DNA of 64,000 nucleotides from a virus, in the IMG/VR virus record IMGVR_UViG_3300029288_006769, positions 346,367 through 410,366 of that record; one strand, written 5' to 3'. The position numbers and the translations under genes were made by a program. Position 1 is the first letter of the stretch, and each line of letters starts with the position of its first letter. The notes beneath the pieces are model-generated. The model searched no databases. It had not been told where the DNA came from and saw only the letters and a list, made by a program, of their open reading frames with translations. This document shows positions 40,205-47,748 of this stretch, piece after piece.

Positions 40205-41050
40205 ATGAACTACAAATGCAAAGTCTGCTCTTGGACAGGCACAAGAGGTGATTTAGTACTAGACAAAATTAACTCAAACTCAAATTATGACAATCATAAT
40301 CATTTGAGACATCCCGACACCTTCAGCACTGATTTCAGCTATATACTCAATGTTCAAAATTGGTGCTACTGTCCAAATTGTTTCAACATGTTTCCAATAC
40401 CCAGATCTGAAACAGTCCTTTCGCTTGTACATCGTGGCTCAGTAATCTCTATTGTCACTAATAATCCATTCCATAGAGGCCCAACATTCTTACATCTCGG
40501 AAGAATTCTTGATTTTGTTGTAGGAGAAAGAAATATATCATTTCTCGGATATAAAGCCCTTGAACATTTTCCTTTCAATCTTAATATGATTCTCAGCACT
40601 ACTCCAGAATTAGAATTTGAATCAAAAATCGTCTTGAAGATTGTCCACTATTTTCATAAACAACATTTTAATTGTGAAGCACGAGACTATGACGATTATA
40701 AGCTTTTTGGGAGATGGGGTATTATTATGAAAAATACTTATCCACTAAGAAGTTGTTCACTTTGTGCTAGAATTCATGATTATGAGACAAAAAAATCAAA
40801 TGGTTGGCCACTGTCAGTCAAAGCAATTGATAGAATAAAAATGGATACTTTTAAAAGTCTTGCAAATGTGCCATTAAACACAAACAATAAATTCAATAAA
40901 ATCTTTAATCCGCAAAATATTGTAGAAAAACCACAAATCTGTTGTTGCAACGAAATAAGCAAGAAACCAAATGAATTTTGCTCTATTCATAATACTGCTG
41001 ACATTGTTGGTACTGCATCACCAAGCAATTTAGCAAGTCTAAATTTCTAA
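40205..41050 (+). CDS. Hypothetical protein
   Basis: 281 aa ORF, several CxxC. Confidence 0.6.
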   Translation: MNYKCKVCSWTGTRGDLVLDKINSNSNYDNHNHLRHPDTFSTDFSYILNVQNWCYCPNCFNMFPIPRSETVLSLVHRGSVISIVTNNPFHRGPTFLHLGRILDFVVGERNISFLGYKALEHFPFNLNMILSTTPELEFESKIVLKIVHYFHKQHFNCEARDYDDYKLFGRWGIIMKNTYPLRSCSLCARIHDYETKKSNGWPLSVKAIDRIKMDTFKSLANVPLNTNNKFNKIFNPQNIVEKPQICCCNEISKKPNEFCSIHNTADIVGTASPSNLASLNF

Positions 41051-41922
41051 ATCTTATAAAGACCTTTAGACTTAATATATTCGATAACGTCTTTATCCAA
41101 ATAAGATGCAACAGTTTCAAAATTTCCAACACCACAACATTCTCTTAATCTTGTCGAATTAACCTCCACCGGCGGAACATCAGGATCTATATATCTATGT
41201 GGCTGTTTTAAACACCATTCAGCACCTTCGAAAACATAACCTTGTCTATTAATCACAACAAATGGTACAATCTTCAAAAGATCTTCATAATTAGACCACT
41301 GTGTTATTGTATTTGCATTATCAAGCCCAATCATTAAACTAAAAGAGAAAAAATCCTTATAAACAGGGTCATTCATTAACAACTTCATAAAATGATATGT
41401 CTCACCCTGAAATTCATGTGTTATTTCATAATCAAAAACTCTTATTCGAGCATCAACCCTTGCTGCTATACGACACATCTCTAAACGATCTTCAGCGCTT
41501 GCAAGATCTTTACCATAAAGATGCTTATAACAAGGGGTCAACCACACTTCATCAAAATCGCTACTATGATTCAAAACTATTTGAGCAGCTTCAATATGCC
41601 CATTATGAATCATATTGAATGCTCCGCCCTGAATCACTACACGACGTTTTCTACCCAAAGTCTTATATTGTTTCTGACGCCGCTTTATTTTTGCCAATGT
41701 CCCCTGAATCACATCTTCAAGTTCCCAACCATTTTCATTACACGATTGAATCGCAGAACAAAGAAGATCGCCTGTCTCTTCTTTCATTCCACGTATATCG
41801 ACTGTTCTCGATAACTCAATTGCTTCTCCAAGTATATCATTATGCCGCTCACGCAAAGAACTATGCCCGAACGACTCAACAAAAAGCTCGTCTATCGTTT
41901 TTTGCAATTCTTTTGTATCCAT
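41047..41922 (-). CDS. nadD: MazG-like pyrophosphatase domain fused to nicotinate/nicotinamide-nucleotide adenylyltransferase
   Basis: GEAIEL..KEETGDLL (MazG-like); GGAFNMIHNGH, IGLDN..W, NSTRLR (NadD). Confidence 0.8.
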   Translation of the reverse strand: MDTKELQKTIDELFVESFGHSSLRERHNDILGEAIELSRTVDIRGMKEETGDLLCSAIQSCNENGWELEDVIQGTLAKIKRRQKQYKTLGRKRRVVIQGGAFNMIHNGHIEAAQIVLNHSSDFDEVWLTPCYKHLYGKDLASAEDRLEMCRIAARVDARIRVFDYEITHEFQGETYHFMKLLMNDPVYKDFFSFSLMIGLDNANTITQWSNYEDLLKIVPFVVINRQGYVFEGAEWCLKQPHRYIDPDVPPVEVNSTRLRECCGVGNFETVASYLDKDVIEYIKSKGLYKI

Positions 41923-42045
41923 ACATTCCCTTTCTAAAATATCTTCAATATAATTACTTTTTATGCACCAGGGTTCTATATACAAAAACAATTATAGCTA
42001 GCACAACTATATGTTGACTAGCTTTATTGTATGTGAGTTACTTGT

Positions 42046-42324
42046 TTATCTGCGGTAAGGAGGTCTGTTCCCTGCGGGTCTTCTTTCCTGTTCTCTGGCA
42101 GCTGATACTGACAACTGACGCCCTTCGATTGAAGATTGCGAACCTTCTGACAATGCTCTGTCTGCATTATCCAATTCGACAAAACCAAAACCACGTGACC
42201 GCCCTGTATCGCGATCCATAATAACTTTTGCAGACATGACACTTCCATACTGTTCAAAATGTCTCTGCAGAGCAGCATCATCCGTGCTAAACGGAAGATT
42301 CCCTACATAAATCTTCTGACTCAC
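42046..42324 (-). CDS. RRM RNA-binding protein
   Basis: KIYVGNLPF (RNP2), RSRGFGFVE (RNP1); GTG start with GGAGG RBS. Confidence 0.92.
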   Translation of the reverse strand: MSQKIYVGNLPFSTDDAALQRHFEQYGSVMSAKVIMDRDTGRSRGFGFVELDNADRALSEGSQSSIEGRQLSVSAAREQERRPAGNRPPYRR

Positions 42325-42355
42325 AAGAACCTCCACTAACGTTAATAATGAAAAA

Positions 42356-42429
42356 TACCCCGTGCAGGACTCAAACCTGCGACCCTCTGCTTAGAAGGCA
42401 GATGCTCTATTCAACTGAGCTAACGGGGC
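42356..42429 (-). tRNA. tRNA-Arg(TCT)
   Basis: Cloverleaf, anticodon loop CTTCTAA; A19/T56 elbow variant. Confidence 0.9.
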
Positions 42430-42478
42430 AAAGTTTCATAAATTATATATCATACACATAATAAAAAGTAAATTAAAA

Positions 42479-42551
42479 AGCAGCAGACCGGGCTTGAACC
42501 GGCGACCTCTACCTTGGCAAGGTAATATTCTACCAACTGAACTACTGCTGC
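42479..42551 (-). tRNA. tRNA-Gly(GCC)
   Basis: Cloverleaf, loop TTGCCAA, U73. Confidence 0.92.
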
Positions 42552-42557
42552 ATATAA

Positions 42558-42634
42558 TGGTACCCTCGGCAAGACTTTAACTTGCGACTTTTCGGTTCGT
42601 AGCCGAATGCTCTATACGACTGAGCTACGAGGGC
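42558..42634 (-). tRNA. tRNA-Arg(ACG)
   Basis: Cloverleaf with CCA, loop CTACGAA; T19/A56 elbow variant. Confidence 0.88.
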
Positions 42635-43604
42635 ATAACTTTCTTTTAAAACAAGATTCTTTATAAAATTCTGGCATATATTTTTTCATCCAAGATGCTA
42701 CTTTTTGTTGTCTAATATTTAAAATTTTTGATGCCTGATCTACCCAACCAAATTTTAAAAAATCAATTTTGCTTATTTTAATAGCATTTATTTTTTCTTG
42801 AATTCTTTTTTCTTTGATTTGCAATCTTTTTTGTTTTTCTTCTAGAATTTTATCTTTAATAGTTTTAATGTCATTAATGTTATAATATCTGTCTTGTCGA
42901 TCGTCAATGTTTTTTATAAAAGTTAACAATTCTTGTTTTTCTTTATTAGAATTTTTACATACGTTCACCCAACAAACTCTATAAATCTTCCAACCAAGAG
43001 ATCTTAAATAAGCGTCTCTTTTTGCATCATGCTCGATATTTTCTTTTGAACGATAATGTTGTTGACCGTCAATTTCTATATCTAATTTCAAGTCAATAAT
43101 TGCAAAATCAAGAAAATATTTCCCGACATTGAGTTTTTCTTTTATTAGATATCTCTTGTTTAAACTCTCTAATTCGAAAAAATTAACAAAATATTTTTCT
43201 GGATAACTTCTTCTATTTGGGTCAGAATTTTTAAAACTCCAACCTTGATGTTCACCTTTTTTACATATCTCGATTTGAGCACGACTTATTTTCTTTTTAT
43301 GTTCATTAGAAAGTTTTATTTTCCTTTTTTTACAAGATTTAATGACATATTTAATAGATGTAATTTTGTAACCAAATTCTTTAATTTTAGGAATTGGGAC
43401 ACCATCTTCATATAATTTTTTGATCTGTTGAACAATAAATTCTGAAATTTGACATCTAGCCTCATGAATTTTCATACCTCGAAACGACTTACAACTTCTC
43501 CCGCATTTTTCGCATTTAAAAAAGTGGACGAAGGGACTTGAACCCTCAACAATCAGATTGGAAATCTGAGACTCTACCATTGAGCTACGTCCACAAAAAT
43601 TCAT
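42612..43604 (-). CDS. DUF559/Vsr-like endonuclease with N-terminal Zn finger (putative homing endonuclease)
   Basis: YFLDFA..IEIDGQQHY..DAKRDAYLRSLGWKIYRV; frame overlaps tRNA genes at both ends, start uncertain. Confidence 0.75.
   Translation of the reverse strand: MNFCGRSSMVESQISNLIVEGSSPFVHFFKCEKCGRSCKSFRGMKIHEARCQISEFIVQQIKKLYEDGVPIPKIKEFGYKITSIKYVIKSCKKRKIKLSNEHKKKISRAQIEICKKGEHQGWSFKNSDPNRRSYPEKYFVNFFELESLNKRYLIKEKLNVGKYFLDFAIIDLKLDIEIDGQQHYRSKENIEHDAKRDAYLRSLGWKIYRVCWVNVCKNSNKEKQELLTFIKNIDDRQDRYYNINDIKTIKDKILEEKQKRLQIKEKRIQEKINAIKISKIDFLKFGWVDQASKILNIRQQKVASWMKKYMPEFYKESCFKRKLCPRSSVV
43523..43594 (-). tRNA. tRNA-Gly(TCC)
   Basis: Cloverleaf, loop TTTCCAA, U73. Confidence 0.9.
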
Positions 43605-43676
43605 AGTCCGGGGCGGAGTCGAACCGCTGTCCTGAGATTGAGAATCTCAAATCCTAAACCACTAGACGACCGGACC
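43604..43676 (-). tRNA. tRNA-Glu(CTC)
   Basis: Cloverleaf, loop TTCTCAA. Confidence 0.88.
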
Positions 43677-43682
43677 AAAAAA

Positions 43683-43759
43683 TGGCTGGCGGGAAGGGAC
43701 TTGAACCCCCAACCTTCGGGTTAACGGCCCGACGCTACCGCCTGTTGAGCTACCCGCCA
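43683..43759 (-). tRNA. tRNA-Asn(GTT)
   Basis: Cloverleaf, G73-CCA, loop CCGTTAA (C33). Confidence 0.85.
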
Positions 43760-43851
43760 ATAAAATTAAATGCTCTACCTATCTCTGACTCTTTCCTTTT
43801 CAGACAGCCCTCAGGTTTAAAATCGTGTAGAGCAATTTCAAAGATCAAAAT

Positions 43852-43923
43852 CGGGACATAGGAGAATTGAACTCCTGTCTCCGGGTTGACAGCCCGGTGG
43901 CCTAACCACTAGACGAATGCCCC
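43852..43923 (-). tRNA. tRNA-Asp(GTC)
   Basis: Cloverleaf, loop CTGTCAA, G73. Confidence 0.9.
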
Positions 43924-43932
43924 ATAAAATTT

Positions 43933-44006
43933 TGGACCGTGTCGGGATTGAACCGACCAAAAAGCTGCTTGCAGGGCAGCTCCGCCCCCATTGACTGTTA
44001 CGGCCC
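43933..44006 (-). tRNA. tRNA-Ala(TGC), atypical D arm
   Basis: G3:U70 pair, A73, loop CCTGCAA (C33), canonical T arm. Confidence 0.75.
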
Positions 44007-44118
44007 TTAAAAAACTTTGAGCTATATGAGAGTCTTCTACTACCATTCCTGCCGGCTATATAGCTCAATAGCCTTGGGAAATGGTACCTGATTACTCAAG
44101 TTCTAAAAGTCTCTCTTT

Positions 44119-44376
44119 TTAAATATCTGTCAAAGAACTATCTCTGTTCTTTATTTCTTGCATTGAGAGACCATAAAGTCTCCTTTGATTACCACACATA
44201 GCACAAGAACAAAGTTTTGTCGTATTTCTTCTTCTTGCTGCTGCTAAATGAATAGCCTTCTCTCTTTCATTGGGATCTTTTATCCATCTGTAAGAATCCC
44301 AATAACCTGCTCCACGCCTTTTGCCCTTGGTATCTCCAATGACAAAACGTTCAAGCCTGTTTCCAGGGTGTGACAT
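44119..44376 (-). CDS. Small basic protein with CSCAMC motif
   Basis: Start MSHPGN at 44376 with AAGGAG RBS. Confidence 0.65.
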   Translation of the reverse strand: MSHPGNRLERFVIGDTKGKRRGAGYWDSYRWIKDPNEREKAIHLAAARRRNTTKLCSCAMCGNQRRLYGLSMQEIKNRDSSLTDI

Positions 44377-44447
44377 AATGACTCCTTTCCGCACTCTCTG
44401 GTGGAGTGCTATAGACTGGATGCCATTATGTCCTCCTTTCAATTTTA

Positions 44448-44521
44448 TGGGCCATGAGGGACTTGAACCCCCGGCCTTCTCGTTATGAGCGAGCTACTCT
44501 TACCAACTGAGTTAATGACCC
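44448..44521 (-). tRNA. tRNA-CAT (Ile2 or elongator Met)
   Basis: Cloverleaf, loop CTCATAA; G1-C72 paired, so not initiator. Confidence 0.85.
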
Positions 44522-44532
44522 GTATATTTCAA

Positions 44533-44606
44533 TAGGGGTGAGAGGGATTGAACCTCCGACCTTCTGCTTATCAGACAAACGCTCTTACCAACTGAGCTAC
44601 ACCCCT
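44533..44606 (-). tRNA. tRNA-Ile(GAT)
   Basis: Cloverleaf, loop CTGATAA. Confidence 0.92.
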
Positions 44607-44619
44607 GTAAATTTCAAAG

Positions 44620-44691
44620 TAGCCCCAAGGAGAATTGAACTCCTGCTATCAGGTTGAAAACCTGGTGTCCTTACCACTAGACCATGGGGCC
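44620..44691 (-). tRNA. tRNA-Glu(TTC)
   Basis: Cloverleaf, loop TTTTCAA. Confidence 0.88.
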
Positions 44692-44696
44692 AAAAA

Positions 44697-44772
44697 TGGA
44701 GCCAGCACCCGGGCTCAAACCGGGAGTCTTTCGATTACAAGTCGAATGCTTCATCAATTAAGCTATACTGGC
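44697..44772 (-). tRNA. tRNA-Thr(TGT)
   Basis: Cloverleaf with CCA, loop CTTGTAA; A19/T56 elbow variant. Confidence 0.88.
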
Positions 44773-45564
44773 GAAATTTGTTTCTAACCATAATTTATCG
44801 TATCTAATCAAAAATTTATAACCTCCATAAAAAGCACGTCTAAATTCTTGCTTTGACTTAAAAGTTGACGCTTTTTGTTTTGCAAGTTCAAGCGTCCATT
44901 TTATCAGCGTTTTTCCTTCTAATTCTACTTGTTTTTTTCTTTCAAGTTGCTTTTTTGTCAATTGTCTGTTTTTTCTTGTACTTCTCCCTAAATTATTTCT
45001 ATAAGTACTTGTTAACGAATGATGATTGGGACATAACAATTGCAAATTTTCTTCATTATTATTTTCGCCATTACCATCTTTATGATGCATTTCTATTGGG
45101 ATTTTTTGAGTAAATATATTTCTTTCAGACCATCCGCATATCATGCATTTTTCACCGAATTTTTCAATCAAATATTTTTTTAAAACTTTTGTGTTTCTTT
45201 GCTTTCCTTCAGGAATTAATTTAAAATCTTTTTTCTTTTTTTGTTTTTTATAAAACTCAGAATAACAAGAACTAGAGCAAAATTTATTGTTTGAAGTTAA
45301 TGTCTTGCAATTTAAGCATTCTTTTGTCCTGTCAATCTTTTTTCTTTTTGGAAACTTACTTCCATTATAAATTGCTGCACAAGTACGATTACAGAATTTT
45401 CCGTTTCTTTTTTCGTAACTTAAAGGTTCATTACATTGTTCGCAAAAATTAGGTTCTTTTAGATAATTATTGACTTTTGTTATATGTTTTTCAAACTGAG
45501 CCACCCTTGAATTCTTATAACCTTTCTTTCCAGCTGTCGACGCTGTTTCAGAATTCCAAATCAT
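44758..45564 (-). CDS. HNH endonuclease (putative homing endonuclease)
   Basis: CMICGW..IEMHHKDGN..NN.ENLQLLCPNHHSLT; N-terminal CxxC..FC repeats. Confidence 0.85.
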   Translation of the reverse strand: MIWNSETASTAGKKGYKNSRVAQFEKHITKVNNYLKEPNFCEQCNEPLSYEKRNGKFCNRTCAAIYNGSKFPKRKKIDRTKECLNCKTLTSNNKFCSSSCYSEFYKKQKKKKDFKLIPEGKQRNTKVLKKYLIEKFGEKCMICGWSERNIFTQKIPIEMHHKDGNGENNNEENLQLLCPNHHSLTSTYRNNLGRSTRKNRQLTKKQLERKKQVELEGKTLIKWTLELAKQKASTFKSKQEFRRAFYGGYKFLIRYDKLWLETNFASIA

Positions 45565-45578
45565 ATTTTTCTCTAAAT

Positions 45579-45703
45579 CAAACGGACCCTGAATTTCTTC
45601 AAGGTCCGCATCCTAAATTTCGTTTTTATATTAGGATGCGGACATTACCCTCCTGTTTCGTCATTACCGTTAATGGCAATGCGATTTTCGCGGGTTCTGT
45701 TTG
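45579..45703 (-). ncRNA. Putative structured RNA at the head of the tRNA operon
   Basis: Terminal stem CAAACAGAACCC/GGGTCCGTTTG enclosing several hairpins, including a perfect 13 bp stem (45604-45616/45631-45643). Confidence 0.4.
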
Positions 45704-45800
45704 CTATCCTAATAGTTTTCATAATTGTTTCCTTGAAATAAATATACCACTATTATAATCAAGTGTACAGGTATTTTTAAAAATAAATTATAAATATTTT

Positions 45801-46118
45801 ATGACCTTCACAGAACAACTTAATGAAGCAAAACATTGCATTGATGTTATGAAAAGAATTGGCACATATCATGGCCATAAAATAGGAGTAATAAATATAG
45901 AAAAAGACACATTGACTTTATTTAATGGTAGAGTTTGTCTTTATAGAGAAGATGGTGATACATTGATTACAGAGTATGCTTGCGATGAACAATGGATTGA
46001 AAAAAACTTGAAAGTAAATAATTGTCTTATAACACATTCAGCATGTGTTTGCGTGCCCAGAAATCTAGTCATCCCATGGAGTTCGAAATTTGAAAAAATA
46101 TTTGGCAAAAATGTCTAA
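45801..46118 (+). CDS. Hypothetical protein
   Basis: 105 aa ORF. Confidence 0.55.
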   Translation: MTFTEQLNEAKHCIDVMKRIGTYHGHKIGVINIEKDTLTLFNGRVCLYREDGDTLITEYACDEQWIEKNLKVNNCLITHSACVCVPRNLVIPWSSKFEKIFGKNV

Positions 46119-46357
46119 TAAAATAGATATACTTCAATTATGGAATCAAAAGTCTTTAAAAAGCGACTAACATGATTTTTAGATTTTGTGTTACACAAAA
46201 AATTGAAATACAAAAAGGTTATACTTGCGGTTCTTATTGTTCTGACTATAAACCTCGAAATAAAAAATGTGGCATTTGCAAATATTCAAGAAAATTCAAA
46301 TTCTCTGACAGAGAAGCAAAAGAAAAAATTTTAACACTTTTGAATTCTTAAATTTTT

Positions 46358-47365
46358 ATGGATCGTACACAATTCAGAGAATCAGTCTTTAAGCGAGACA
46401 ATAACAAGTGTGTCATGTGTGGTGCTCCTGCTGTTGATGCTCACCATATTATTGATCGTTCTCTGTTCGAAGATGGTGGTTATCATCTTGATAATGGAGT
46501 AAGTCTTTGTGCTGAGCATCATATTGAAGCAGAAGAGACAAAGATTTCTTGCAGCAAATTAAGAGAAAAAGCTTGCATTACAAAAGTTTATCTCCCAGAT
46601 TATTTTGATTTTGAAGAACAATATGACCATTGGGGAAATATAGTAAACACAAATGGTACACGTCTAAAAGGTGAACTTTTTGAACAACCTAACGTGCAAA
46701 AAGCTTTAAAAGATTCTCTCCATTTATTTCTTCCTTATTTCAAATATCAGAAAACATTTCATCTTTCAAATTCTCCTGGGCTCCAGAAAAATGACAAGAA
46801 ACTCAGAGATGAATCAGCATTTCTTGGAAAAGAAATTGTTGGCACAATAAAGATGGATGGTGAAAACACCAATATGTATCCTGATTATATTCATGCTAGG
46901 TCAATTGATTCTGTCGGGCATGAGTCAAGAACATGGGTGAAAGCGTTGCATGGGAGTATTGCATATCAAATACCACAAGGATACAGGATTTGTGGAGAGA
47001 ATCTTTTTGCAAAACATTCAATTCATTATATGCATCTTACAAGCTTTTTCAATGTGTTCTCTATTTGGAATGACAAAAATGAAGCATTGTGTTGGGATGA
47101 AACAGTAGAGTATTGCGAGCTGCTTGATTTAACTACCGTTCCTGTTTTTTATCGAGGGATTTATGATCCAGAAGCAATTACGAAAGCCTTCGAAAAGTAT
47201 TGTAATGAGAGTAAAGATCTTGTCGAAGGTTATGTGATAAGAACTTCAGGGGTTATACATTTTTCTAAATTCAGAAAGAACGTAGCCAAATGGGTGAGAA
47301 AAGGCCACGTTCAAACTGAACATAATTGGATGCAACAAAAAGTAATACCGAATAAAATATCTTAA
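46358..47365 (+). CDS. HNH domain fused to RNA ligase (Rnl2-like nucleotidyltransferase)
   Basis: RD..KCVMCG..DAHHI..NGVSLC..HH (HNH); KTFHL..SPG, KMDGEN, CGEN, EGYVIR, AKWVR (ligase motifs). Confidence 0.82.
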   Translation: MDRTQFRESVFKRDNNKCVMCGAPAVDAHHIIDRSLFEDGGYHLDNGVSLCAEHHIEAEETKISCSKLREKACITKVYLPDYFDFEEQYDHWGNIVNTNGTRLKGELFEQPNVQKALKDSLHLFLPYFKYQKTFHLSNSPGLQKNDKKLRDESAFLGKEIVGTIKMDGENTNMYPDYIHARSIDSVGHESRTWVKALHGSIAYQIPQGYRICGENLFAKHSIHYMHLTSFFNVFSIWNDKNEALCWDETVEYCELLDLTTVPVFYRGIYDPEAITKAFEKYCNESKDLVEGYVIRTSGVIHFSKFRKNVAKWVRKGHVQTEHNWMQQKVIPNKIS

Positions 47366-47748
47366 TCCTCTTGACCTTTTTGGTCCCAATCAAGAAGTTC
47401 CACAGTTTGACCACTTAGTTCATGAGTACTATCTGGTAGAAATTGAATTTTTCCATCAGTTATAAAACTGTGACAAATTATTTGCTTGCAACCAACAGCT
47501 TTATTGTTTTCAAAAACCCAAGTACTCGGATCTCCTGGTGGGTTTTTTACATGTTTGGTTAAAATAGAAGCTCTAATTGTTGGTTTTTCTCTATCACCAT
47601 TCCAAGTCCATACAGGTCCTTTAGGGACAGTGTCTGTTAAGGCTTGTGCAGGTGTAAAACCACTTGTAGAAAACCAATGAGCACAATTACAACCTGGACA
47701 AAGAAAGAAATACACGCCTTGCTGTGCAGAATCATTTATTTTACTCAT
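47362..47748 (-). CDS. DUF6527-like protein
   Basis: CPGC..H..WTWNGD..PT..SIL..CHSFITDGKIQFL.DSTH. Confidence 0.7.
   Translation of the reverse strand: MSKINDSAQQGVYFFLCPGCNCAHWFSTSGFTPAQALTDTVPKGPVWTWNGDREKPTIRASILTKHVKNPPGDPSTWVFENNKAVGCKQIICHSFITDGKIQFLPDSTHELSGQTVELLDWDQKGQED

Noticed and set aside
43771-43834. Hammerhead ribozyme
   Set aside because: CTGAGGG does not match the CUGANGA core and the three-stem arrangement could not be built.
43838-44068. 76 aa ORF across tRNA-Asp and tRNA-Ala
   Set aside because: A translation of tRNA sequence with no protein features.
45579-45703. RNase P RNA, suggested by the ACAGAACCCG string
   Set aside because: Too short, the string is at the wrong end, and the GAGGAAAGUCC P4 partner is absent.
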